A stretch of 64,000 nucleotides of DNA from positions 32,001 through 96,000 of IMG/VR virus record IMGVR_UViG_3300021963_000051, one strand, 5' to 3'. Shown one piece after another: positions 46,169 through 55,447 of this stretch. Position numbers and translations under genes: made by a program. Numbering within the stretch: the stretch's first letter is position 1; each line of letters starts with the position of its first letter. Origin of the DNA: a virus. The notes beneath the pieces were generated by a model. It was not told where the DNA came from, ran no database searches, and saw nothing but the letters and a program-made list of their open reading frames with translations.

Positions 46169-49141
46169 ATGGCAACATTAAATTCACCAGGTGTATCAGT
46201 AACAGTTATTGATGAAAGTTTTTATACACCTGCAGCAGCAGGGACTACACCATTTATCGTTGTGGTTTCTGCCCAAGACAAAGTAAATCCTAGCGGCACA
46301 ATCGCTGTAGGTTCAGAAAAAGCCAACGCTGGTAAACCATACCTAATAACCAGTCAAAGAGATCTTACTGATACATTCGGTACCCCATTATTCTATACAG
46401 ATACAAGTGGCAATCCTTTACACGGTAATGAATTAAATGAATATGGATTACAGACCGCCTATAGCGCACTCGGTGTAAGCTCAAGATCTTATGTCGTTCG
46501 TGCAGACATTGATTTATCTGACCTCGCCCCTCAATCATCACCCCCAGAAGGAATGCCAGTATCTGGAACTTATTGGATTGATACAGCTTCTACTGTATTT
46601 GGTATTAAAACATGGAATACTACCACACAAAAATTTACATCTGTTACACCTATTGTCCTTGATGATACGGCAGATCCGATCAATTTTGTAGGATCATCTC
46701 TCGTCCCTAGTAATTCAGTCGGTTTGACTGGAAATTTCTGTATGGTGGTTACTAATGATAACTTCAATAAACTTTACTATAAGGATGCTACTAATAGTTG
46801 GATACCTGTTGTAAATGGTTTTGATACTAGTGGAAAAGCTCTACAAATTAGCCCTCATTATACCTACCCAACATGGAACGCTAGTACAGCTACAGGCAGT
46901 GTATGGATTACTACTACATCACCATCAAATGGTGCCAAATGGAATGTAAAATATTACGACGGGGGATCTGAAACCTGGTCAACTGTTAGTGCTCCTATCT
47001 ATAATAGTTTTGAAAGTGCTACCTATTATGGTGATACAACAGGTGGTGGTAAAAATATTCCTATTGGATCTCTCTTTGTTGACAACAATGTCTTAGATCA
47101 ATTAATTCCTATAGCAGACTTTAAAATTCATAGACGTTCTAGAACAGGTGTTACAACAATTAGTTCAGATGTAGTAACTCAGTATCCAACAAACGGTACA
47201 ACTTATACCTTTGAGGTTAGAGAATCCATAACAGGTCAAGAATCATTTAATCCTTTCTACACTGTTACATTTACAGCAACTAGTGGCAGTACTTTATTAG
47301 GAAGTTATGTACCTGCTGCTATTAGTGCGCAAGTTGGACTTACAAATTTATCTGCTAACTTTAATACCTCTACAGGGGTTTTAACCATAACTCATAGGAA
47401 TGGTGGAGATTTTAGATTTAGAAATATATCTACAGTGACTCAGAGTTTACTAGGATTTGCACCTTACAACACAAATACCGGATTAGGAACAACGAATTTA
47501 TACCTTGTTGAAAATACAAACACAAGTTTTATTGCTACAAACTGGAAACCATTAGCTTATGAAGCACGACCAGATGCCCCTTCTACAGATCCAGCAGATG
47601 GTACTTTATGGTACAGCAATGTTGTAGACCAAGTAGACATAATGGTCAACACAGGAACAGCTTGGGTGGGTTATGCTACAGCTTATCCTTTAACTGATGC
47701 CAATGGTCCTTTAATTCAAGCAACTAAACCAACTACTCAATCTAATGGTAACGCTTTACAAACTGGAGACATATGGGTTAATACAAGTGACCTAGAAAAC
47801 TATGGTAAAAATCTCTACGTGTATAACAGTGCCGCCACAGGTGATAAATGGGAATTACAAGATACTTCAGATCAATCTTCACCAACAGGTTGGTTGTTTG
47901 CTGATGCACGTTGGGCTACATCAGGTGCGGCTATAGAGCCATCTACTATTGTAGCCCTAAGAAGTTCTAGCTATGTAGATCCAGATGCACCAGATGCTAG
48001 ACTTTATCCTACAGGGATGAAACTCTGGAATACCCGCAGATCAGGATTTAATGTTAAAAAATATATAAAAGGTTATATTAACGTTCTAGCCAATAACGGA
48101 CAGAATTTACGTTATCAGAACCAAGCTATGGCTCTTTATAATGTAGATCGTTGGGTAAGTCAATATCCTACAGCAGAAAACGGTTCTGGTGTGTTTGGAA
48201 GAAAGAGTCAACGTCAAGTTATAGTTAAAGAACTTAAACAGCTAGTAGATACTAATACTGTTATTAGAGATACAGATAGTCTTAACTTCAACTTAATTTT
48301 ATGTCCAGGCTATCCTGAACTAATCAGCAACATGGTACAGTTTAATAATGATAGAGGTATCACAGCTTTTGTAGTTGGAGATACTCCAATGCGTCTAAGA
48401 CCTGTAGGCCAAACCTTAACATCATATGGTTCAAATGCTGCTGGGTCGCTCGACACAGGTGAAGATGGTGCCGCAACATATGACGAATATATGGCTATGT
48501 ATTATCCAAGCGGATACACAACAGATAACAGCGGTAATAATATTGTAGTACCACCTAGTCATATGATTTTAAGGACCATCATTAATAGTGATGCTAAGAG
48601 CTACCAATGGTTCGCACCAGCGGGAACAAGACGTGGTGGAGTTGATAACGCTACACAGATAGGTTATCTAGATAGTGAAGGAGAATTTAGATCACAAACT
48701 ATTCCTCAAAATTTAAGAGATGTATTGGATGATGTGTCAATTAACCCAATAAGTAACTTAACTGGGGTTGGATTAACAGTCTATGGTCAAAAAACTAGAG
48801 CAAGAAATGCCAGCGCCTTAGATCGTGTAAATGTCGCTAGACTAGTAGCATACTTACGTAAACAATTAGACGTTCTATCAAGACCGTTCTTGTTCGAACC
48901 AAACGATGCTCAAACAAGGCGTGAAATTAAAGCAGCCGCAGAAAGTCTCATGTTAGAGTTAGTAGGACAAAGAGCACTATATGACTTTATTGTAGTATGT
49001 GATGAAACAAATAATACACCTTCAAGAATAGATCGTAACGAATTATATATGGACATTGCTATTGAGCCAGTAAAAGCGGTTGAATTCATTTATATTCCTT
49101 TAAGATTGAAAAATAGAGGGGATATTGAGGCAGGGCTATAA
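46169..49141 (+). CDS. gp18: Tail sheath protein with large inserted domains
   Basis: LNSPGVSVTVIDES, WFAPAGTRRG, SALDRVNVARL, FEPND, IEPVKAVEFIYI; late promoter 46132-46137. Confidence 0.95.
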   Translation: MATLNSPGVSVTVIDESFYTPAAAGTTPFIVVVSAQDKVNPSGTIAVGSEKANAGKPYLITSQRDLTDTFGTPLFYTDTSGNPLHGNELNEYGLQTAYSALGVSSRSYVVRADIDLSDLAPQSSPPEGMPVSGTYWIDTASTVFGIKTWNTTTQKFTSVTPIVLDDTADPINFVGSSLVPSNSVGLTGNFCMVVTNDNFNKLYYKDATNSWIPVVNGFDTSGKALQISPHYTYPTWNASTATGSVWITTTSPSNGAKWNVKYYDGGSETWSTVSAPIYNSFESATYYGDTTGGGKNIPIGSLFVDNNVLDQLIPIADFKIHRRSRTGVTTISSDVVTQYPTNGTTYTFEVRESITGQESFNPFYTVTFTATSGSTLLGSYVPAAISAQVGLTNLSANFNTSTGVLTITHRNGGDFRFRNISTVTQSLLGFAPYNTNTGLGTTNLYLVENTNTSFIATNWKPLAYEARPDAPSTDPADGTLWYSNVVDQVDIMVNTGTAWVGYATAYPLTDANGPLIQATKPTTQSNGNALQTGDIWVNTSDLENYGKNLYVYNSAATGDKWELQDTSDQSSPTGWLFADARWATSGAAIEPSTIVALRSSSYVDPDAPDARLYPTGMKLWNTRRSGFNVKKYIKGYINVLANNGQNLRYQNQAMALYNVDRWVSQYPTAENGSGVFGRKSQRQVIVKELKQLVDTNTVIRDTDSLNFNLILCPGYPELISNMVQFNNDRGITAFVVGDTPMRLRPVGQTLTSYGSNAAGSLDTGEDGAATYDEYMAMYYPSGYTTDNSGNNIVVPPSHMILRTIINSDAKSYQWFAPAGTRRGGVDNATQIGYLDSEGEFRSQTIPQNLRDVLDDVSINPISNLTGVGLTVYGQKTRARNASALDRVNVARLVAYLRKQLDVLSRPFLFEPNDAQTRREIKAAAESLMLELVGQRALYDFIVVCDETNNTPSRIDRNELYMDIAIEPVKAVEFIYIPLRLKNRGDIEAGL

Positions 49142-49172
49142 TAGGTAAATAATTGAAAGAAGGAGCATTTTC

Positions 49173-49823
49173 ATGCCAATCGCAAGTTTAAGAAATTTCA
49201 CAGTTCCAATCGCGGGGACACAGGCAAGTTCCACACAAGGCCTATTGATGCCAAAGCTAAAGTATCGTTTTAGAGTAACACTCGATGGCTTTGGAGTTGC
49301 TGGAGCACCTACTACAGAATTGACCAAGCAGGTTATGAATGTGACTCGCCCAGATGTTACTTTTGAAACTGTGGTTCTACCGGTTTATAACAGTCAAGTA
49401 AAAATATTAGGCAAACACAGTTTTGCAGATGCTAAATTGACAGTAAGAGACGACGCAAGTGGTGTAGTAAGCCGTAAGGTAGGTGAACAGTTACAGAAAC
49501 AATTTGATTTCTTTGAACAAGCCGCAGCTCAGAGTGCTATTGATTATAAATTTAGAATGAGAGTAGAAATTCTAGATGGCGGTAACGGAGGATTTGAACC
49601 AGTTACCTTAGAAAGTTTTGAATTTTTAGGTTGTTTTGTAAAACAAGCTACCTATGCCCAAGGCGATTATAACAGTAATGAAGTAATGGATATCGGTTTA
49701 ACTATAAGTTACGATAATGCAATTCAATTAGAAGCACCGGGGGGAGCGGCGAGCGGAGTAGGAGTTAATGTTGGAAGAGTAGTAAGGCCAGCAAATGCCC
49801 AAGGTTTAGCCACTGGCGGATAA
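49173..49823 (+). CDS. gp19: Tail tube protein
   Basis: Follows the sheath gene; PKLKYRFRV, ISYDNA; AAGGAG RBS; late promoter 49146-49151. Confidence 0.85.
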   Translation: MPIASLRNFTVPIAGTQASSTQGLLMPKLKYRFRVTLDGFGVAGAPTTELTKQVMNVTRPDVTFETVVLPVYNSQVKILGKHSFADAKLTVRDDASGVVSRKVGEQLQKQFDFFEQAAAQSAIDYKFRMRVEILDGGNGGFEPVTLESFEFLGCFVKQATYAQGDYNSNEVMDIGLTISYDNAIQLEAPGGAASGVGVNVGRVVRPANAQGLATGG

Positions 49824-49838
49824 TTTATTCTAGCTCCA

Positions 49839-49866
49839 AAAAAAGCCTGGAATTTCAGGCTTTTTT
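49839..49866 (+). terminator. Intrinsic terminator after the tail tube gene
   Basis: AAAAAAGCCTG-GAATTT-CAGGCTTTTTT. Confidence 0.9.
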
Positions 49867-49884
49867 AATGGATAAATATTCTGT

Positions 49885-51129
49885 ATGAGTAAATCAAACA
49901 ATTTCCTAGCCCTAGCTAATCTTGACGTTAATCTCCAAGATTATAAACACGCATCTAGATTTTATGTTGACGATAATCAAAAACGTGCTCCAAAGTTTGG
50001 ATTTTTATACTTTGTAAATTTTATAATTAATTCAGATGCTAAGATAAGTGATATTGATAAAAACATAGGGATGTTTGTTAAAAAAATTGATTTACCAAAA
50101 TTTACCTTAAAGACGGAAGTTTTAAACCAATATAATAGAAAAACTCAGGTAACAACAGGGTTAACTTATAATCCCATTAATATAGAATTTCATGACGATT
50201 CGTCAGATATTACAAATAACTTATGGGTAAATTATTTTAAAAATCTTATAGCAGATCCAAATTATGATACTGAAACTACAAATAATCCTAGACAGTTCGG
50301 TGATACAAAATTTGAAGAAACGGATTATGAATATGGTATATATAGCAGAGGAGTAAAAGGTAACTTCTTTGAAAGAATAGATATCTACACATTAAATGGA
50401 ACTCAACAAACAAATACACAAATTAGTCTTATTAATCCAAAAATAACAGAATGGAAACATGACACATTAGATCAATCACAGGGGAATAAAGTCTTAGCAA
50501 ATAGTATGACTATTGTTTACGAAAATGTTTTATACTATAAAGGTGGCAGAAATAGTAAAATAGATGGATTTGTAAATGAATTTTATGATACTACGCAAAG
50601 TCCGCTAAAAATAGGAGGTAATCCTCAAAATGATCCCGGCGTTACTAATAATTTGGATCTTAGACCTAGCAACGCTGTAATTTTTGATCGTGCTACCGCA
50701 CCAATTCAATCAGGAAACCCATTATTCGACAAAGCAGGTAAAGCTAGAACTTATACTATTCCAGGAAGACAAGTACAAAATTTATTTGATAGATCAGGTA
50801 AACCAAGACAATACGGATTGGTCAATGCCCCAAATACCCTTAATAATCCGTTCTTAGATATAGTAGCGATATTAGCTAAAGATTATGTTAATAAAAATGG
50901 ATTAGGTAGAGTAGGACCAAAAGGGTATAATATTGCTTCTAGTGCCTTAAATGCTTCTATAGCATCACCTGCAGGAAAATATTATGAACCGCCCAGCTCT
51001 CAAACTGTACCAGGTATTTTCAGGTTACCTGGTGGATTAGGTATAAATGTCTTTAAGGCATACAATACAGGAGTTGATGGAAAGATAAGAGTAAATCCTG
51101 CTGCTATTGTGTTTCCACCTAAGAGGTAA
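49885..51129 (+). CDS. Tail-tube-like protein (gp19/gp54-like paralog)
   Basis: VKKIDLPKF, NQYNRK, INIEFHDD, LINPKITEWKHD, MTIVYENV. Confidence 0.65.
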   Translation: MSKSNNFLALANLDVNLQDYKHASRFYVDDNQKRAPKFGFLYFVNFIINSDAKISDIDKNIGMFVKKIDLPKFTLKTEVLNQYNRKTQVTTGLTYNPINIEFHDDSSDITNNLWVNYFKNLIADPNYDTETTNNPRQFGDTKFEETDYEYGIYSRGVKGNFFERIDIYTLNGTQQTNTQISLINPKITEWKHDTLDQSQGNKVLANSMTIVYENVLYYKGGRNSKIDGFVNEFYDTTQSPLKIGGNPQNDPGVTNNLDLRPSNAVIFDRATAPIQSGNPLFDKAGKARTYTIPGRQVQNLFDRSGKPRQYGLVNAPNTLNNPFLDIVAILAKDYVNKNGLGRVGPKGYNIASSALNASIASPAGKYYEPPSSQTVPGIFRLPGGLGINVFKAYNTGVDGKIRVNPAAIVFPPKR

Positions 51130-51131
51130 CA

Positions 51132-51500
51132 ATGAGAGATAATTATACAAATATACCGAAAAATCTATCAAAAAATAATACTTTGGAAGAATTTAACGGA
51201 TACCAAAAGTTAAAATCAGGAACTGATTCGGCTACTTATGCTGCTATGACAGGTTTCTTTAGTTTAAGGGGATTTGATAAAACCGCCGGTGAGTTAATTT
51301 CTGAAACAATTATCACACAGGCCAAACAAGACGGTTATAACCCCATGCAGATATTGGATACCCTAAAAGGATTATCATCTGTTGAAATTTCAGGAATAGT
51401 TGCAGAAATTTTAAATTTCAACAGATATAAGAGCAGTAGCTTAGGTTTCAGCCCTGTAATTGAAATAAATCCCTATGTTGCTAGAAACATTATTCCATGA
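51132..51500 (+). CDS. Hypothetical protein
   Basis: 122 aa; GAGG RBS; ATGA overlap with gp4. Confidence 0.65.
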   Translation: MRDNYTNIPKNLSKNNTLEEFNGYQKLKSGTDSATYAAMTGFFSLRGFDKTAGELISETIITQAKQDGYNPMQILDTLKGLSSVEISGIVAEILNFNRYKSSSLGFSPVIEINPYVARNIIP

Positions 51501-51937
51501 GCTTGAAGTTTTCAAAAGATATTTACAGAGTAAAAAATCCTGAAAAATATGTAGGTTCTAAACTACCTGTTTATCGCAGCAGTTGGGAAATGACTTTTAT
51601 GATGTTTTGTGATAATAATCCATCAATACAAGAATGGTCTAGCGAACCTGTTAAAATCCCATATAGAGATCCTTTAACAGGTAAACAAAGTGTATATGTC
51701 CCTGATTTTTTAATAAGATATATTGATAAAAACATGAAGGAACACGCCGAGCTTATAGAAATTAAACCTGTTAACCAAATGATTTTAGAAAAAGTTGGAA
51801 AGAATCCTTACAACCAAGCTCAGTATGTAAAAAATATGGCAAAATGGGAAGCAGCAGGGGTGTGGGCACGAAATCACGGAATTCGGTTTCGTGTTATAAA
51901 CGAAAATGACATTTTTCATAAACCTGGTAAAAAATAA
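51497..51937 (+). CDS. gp4: Head completion nuclease (gp4-like, TnsA-type PD-(D/E)xK)
   Basis: NPEKYVG, YRSSWE, WSSE, YVPDF, IEIKP, KWEAA. Confidence 0.9.
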   Translation: MSLKFSKDIYRVKNPEKYVGSKLPVYRSSWEMTFMMFCDNNPSIQEWSSEPVKIPYRDPLTGKQSVYVPDFLIRYIDKNMKEHAELIEIKPVNQMILEKVGKNPYNQAQYVKNMAKWEAAGVWARNHGIRFRVINENDIFHKPGKK

Positions 51938-51953
51938 GAATAAGTAAGTTATC

Positions 51954-52436
51954 ATGACTAAAAAATTAGAATCTATACTTAATTTACCCGAAACTGATGA
52001 GCCTTATATAGATGCGAAATCAACTAAGACTACAGTAATTCCTGAAACTATAGACCTACAGGAAAAATTAGAAGAATTTGATAAAATAAGTTCTGCTTTA
52101 CCTAGAGTAAAGGGATTAGGTGATATGGCTGACTCAGAATTAGATGCTCTGGCAACTAAGGCAGAGCAGGCCTATGACGATCTAATGGACTTAGGAATGA
52201 ATGTAGAGGTAAGATATGGTGCTCGTATGTTTGAAGTTGCTGCCAATATGATGAATGCTGCTATTCAAGCTAAAAGTGCTAAAATTGATAAAAAATTGAA
52301 AATGGTTGAACTACAATTGAAAAAGCTAGCTATTGATAAGAAAAACAGCGAACCAGAACCTACTGTTCAAGCAGATGGTTATATTATTTCAGATAGGAAT
52401 AGCATCCTAGAAAAACTAAAGTCTTTGAATAAATAA
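51954..52436 (+). CDS. Probable terminase small subunit (gp16-like)
   Basis: 160 aa, helical core ARMFEVA, C-terminal ISDRNSIL; near the large terminase gene. Confidence 0.5.
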   Translation: MTKKLESILNLPETDEPYIDAKSTKTTVIPETIDLQEKLEEFDKISSALPRVKGLGDMADSELDALATKAEQAYDDLMDLGMNVEVRYGARMFEVAANMMNAAIQAKSAKIDKKLKMVELQLKKLAIDKKNSEPEPTVQADGYIISDRNSILEKLKSLNK

Positions 52437-52440
52437 AACT

Positions 52441-53034
52441 ATGAAAAACTTTAAAGAATACCTTACCGAAAGTCAAAAACGTTACGATTTTAAAATTAAA
52501 ATCGCTGGCGAAATGACTAATGAACAAGAGGCAGCACTAAAGTCTAGTCTAGAAAGATTCGTAACAAATACTTTTAAGAAAGCAGGTAAAACTCCTATTC
52601 AAGAACTTCCATTAGATTTTCCCAACATAAAAAATGCAGAAGTTAACATATATGAAGTCAGTTTAGACTATCCTACAACACAACACGAACTTACTGAATT
52701 TGTTGCTCAGGCCGTAAAAAAACACGCAAACTATGTAGTTGTAAGAAGACCGGGTGAACCAAGTGAAGAGTATCAAACACCTGCAACAGTACGTAAGGGC
52801 GCACTATTAGATGACCCAGATTATAAAGAATCGCCAAATGCTAAATTTGAAGATTATTACGGTGACAAATACAATTCGGGGTTCGTCAAAGAATTAAACG
52901 ATATCTTGAAACTTCAACGTAAAGAGCGTGGAGAGCAAAGACCTAGTGAGGGTGATGCTAAATTTAATACAGATTCCCCTGCTGGTACGCAAAGTCCAAT
53001 ACAGCCAACGGACTATAACCCGTTAAGGAAATAA
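52441..53034 (+). CDS. Hypothetical late protein, putative internal head protein
   Basis: N-terminus MKNFKEYLTES resembles T4 capsid-targeting leaders; TAAATA at 52430-52435. Confidence 0.6.
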   Translation: MKNFKEYLTESQKRYDFKIKIAGEMTNEQEAALKSSLERFVTNTFKKAGKTPIQELPLDFPNIKNAEVNIYEVSLDYPTTQHELTEFVAQAVKKHANYVVVRRPGEPSEEYQTPATVRKGALLDDPDYKESPNAKFEDYYGDKYNSGFVKELNDILKLQRKERGEQRPSEGDAKFNTDSPAGTQSPIQPTDYNPLRK

Positions 53035-53036
53035 CT

Positions 53037-53795
53037 ATGCAAATGTTAGATGTATTAAAAAGATTAGCAGAACTTGATTCTGATAACCCTAGAGTTTACA
53101 ATGATACTCCTACTCTAAACAATGAAAGCAAAGATGTAGAAGAAGAAAAAGCCGAAGAGGGTCCTGAGATACTAAAAATTAAGTCAGACCAGGCTAAGTC
53201 AAAAGGTGAAAAATCTTTCAAAGTAGGCGACAAAACTTTTCCGGTAAAAGAAGGCGAAGACGAACAAGTTGAAGAATGTGGTATGATGCCCACAATAGGC
53301 TCAATGAACGACCACCATACTCCGGCCAGTATAAACATTTCAGCAGATAGTGGTGATGAACTAAGTGCTATGCTACGTGATATTATGACACTAGCAGGTC
53401 GTGATCATTACGACGATGCCGATATAGGTATGGCAGAACCCTCAACCAATATGCCTCCACCTGCAGAAGTAGATACAGATAGTAGTAATGATATGGGCAT
53501 GGATGAACCCTCAATGATGCGTAGTATGATCGATAAATTAAACCCAGGCGACGATGAAGGAGGTGACCAAGACGGCGACCAAGGAGACGATCAAGACGAA
53601 GTTAAAGAATATGATAATGAGCCTGCACCAGAAACATCTGGATATGCTAGTATGACTCCAACTGGCAATGACCTTAATTCAAAAGGTGATAACGAAGCTG
53701 GCAAGGTAAATGGTGGCGGCAACCCCTATACCAAAACAATGGAGCAAGTAGAAAGAGACTTATTTGCAGAATATCGCAAATTTGTAGGTGAATAA
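53037..53795 (+). CDS. Acidic hypothetical protein, putative internal head protein
   Basis: Low-complexity acidic sequence with VKEG, VEEC and VKEY motifs, plus DIMTLAG. Confidence 0.6.
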   Translation: MQMLDVLKRLAELDSDNPRVYNDTPTLNNESKDVEEEKAEEGPEILKIKSDQAKSKGEKSFKVGDKTFPVKEGEDEQVEECGMMPTIGSMNDHHTPASINISADSGDELSAMLRDIMTLAGRDHYDDADIGMAEPSTNMPPPAEVDTDSSNDMGMDEPSMMRSMIDKLNPGDDEGGDQDGDQGDDQDEVKEYDNEPAPETSGYASMTPTGNDLNSKGDNEAGKVNGGGNPYTKTMEQVERDLFAEYRKFVGE

Positions 53796-53812
53796 AAAAT
53801 AGTAAATTCACC

Positions 53813-53840
53813 AAATAGCCCCTAAGGGGGCTATTTTTTT
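53813..53840 (+). terminator. Intrinsic terminator
   Basis: AAATAGCCCC-TAAG-GGGGCTATTTTTTT, preceded by a second stem GGTGAAT/ATTCACC (53787-53812). Confidence 0.9.
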
Positions 53841-53854
53841 CAGTAAATAATGAT

Positions 53855-55435
53855 ATGGCCGTAACAAAAGATTATAAATTGGTAAAAAATGCCAATATCC
53901 AGCAAAAATGGACGCAGCAACATATTGACGATCTTATAGCATGCCAAGATGAAACGCAAGGCCCGCATTATTTTCTTAATAACTTTTTCTATATTCAACA
54001 CCCTGTAAGGGGCAAGTTGAAATACGAAGCATTTGATTATCAGCGTAGATTAGTTGATAGTTATCATAATCATAGATTTAACATCAACTTACTGCCGCGT
54101 CAAACAGGTAAAACTACTACAGCCGCGGGTTATTTGTTATGGTTCGCAATGTTTATACCCGACAGCACTATATTAGTAGCAGCACACAAATATACAGGTG
54201 CTCAAGAAATTATGCAGCGTATTAGATATGCTTATGAATTGTGTCCTGACCATATTCGCTGTGGAGTTACAAGTTATAACAAGCAAAGTATAGAATTTGA
54301 TAACGGAAGTCGTATTGTAGCACAGACAACAACAGAAACAACAGGCCGTGGTATGAGTATTTCCCTACTCTATGCTGACGAGTTTGCCTTCGTTGAACCA
54401 AATATAGCTACAGAATTTTGGACTTCAATTCGTCCTACATTGGCCACAGGTGGTAAGGCCATACTTACATCTACACCAAACTCAGATGAAGATCAATTCG
54501 CTCTAATTTGGAAAGATGCCAGTTATAGGTTTGATGAACACGGTAATACTACCACAGTGGGACGCAATGGATTCTTTCCATTCAGGGCCCACTGGAGTGA
54601 GCATCCTGAGCGTGATGAAAAGTGGGCAGAAGTAGAAAGAGCAAGTATTGGTGAAGAACGATTTCGCCGTGAACACGAATGTGAATTTTTAGTATTCGAT
54701 GAAACACTTATAAACAGTATTAAATTAGCGACTCTTGAGGGCAAAGAACCCTATATGAAAATGGGCCAATGCCGTTGGTATAAAAAGATTAAAACAAATT
54801 CAACTTATATCGTTGCTTTAGATCCAAGTTTAGGAACAGGTGGTGATCCTTCTGCAATTCAAGTGATAGAAATTCCGAGTTTCGAACAGGCGGCAGAATG
54901 GCAGCACAACTTAACAACTATTCAAGGTCAGGTTAGAATATTAAGAGATATATGTAATTACATAAATGACGAATGTGCTAGACAAGGAAATCAAGCTAGT
55001 TTGTATTTCAGTGTTGAAAATAATGCTGTGGGAGAAGCAGCATTAGTAGCAATATCCGAAATTGGAGAAGAAACTATTCCCGGTCTATTTTTGAGTGAGC
55101 CTATAAAGAAAGGACATATACGTAGGTTCCGCAAGGGATTTAATACTACTCACTCAGCAAAAATATCAATCTGTGCCAAATTAAAGCATCTTATAGAAAG
55201 TGATAGATTAAAAATTTATAGTAAGGCATTAGTAAGCGAACTTAAAACATATGTGGCCAAAGGTATAAGTTTTGCTGGTAAAACAGGATCTACAGATGAT
55301 TTAGTAAGTAGTATGTTGTTAGCCCTACGTATGATAATGATGCTACAAGAATGGGATCCTGCTATATACGATAAAATGCGTGAAGAACGAGAAGATGAAT
55401 GGATTATGCCCATGCCTATTTACATAACGCACTAA
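53855..55435 (+). CDS. gp17: Terminase large subunit
   Basis: PRQTGKTT Walker A, LYADEFAF Walker B, TSTPNS, LDPSLGTGGD and DDLV nuclease motifs; no intein; TAAATA at 53844-53849. Confidence 0.95.
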   Translation: MAVTKDYKLVKNANIQQKWTQQHIDDLIACQDETQGPHYFLNNFFYIQHPVRGKLKYEAFDYQRRLVDSYHNHRFNINLLPRQTGKTTTAAGYLLWFAMFIPDSTILVAAHKYTGAQEIMQRIRYAYELCPDHIRCGVTSYNKQSIEFDNGSRIVAQTTTETTGRGMSISLLYADEFAFVEPNIATEFWTSIRPTLATGGKAILTSTPNSDEDQFALIWKDASYRFDEHGNTTTVGRNGFFPFRAHWSEHPERDEKWAEVERASIGEERFRREHECEFLVFDETLINSIKLATLEGKEPYMKMGQCRWYKKIKTNSTYIVALDPSLGTGGDPSAIQVIEIPSFEQAAEWQHNLTTIQGQVRILRDICNYINDECARQGNQASLYFSVENNAVGEAALVAISEIGEETIPGLFLSEPIKKGHIRRFRKGFNTTHSAKISICAKLKHLIESDRLKIYSKALVSELKTYVAKGISFAGKTGSTDDLVSSMLLALRMIMMLQEWDPAIYDKMREEREDEWIMPMPIYITH

Positions 55436-55447
55436 TAAATACACATT

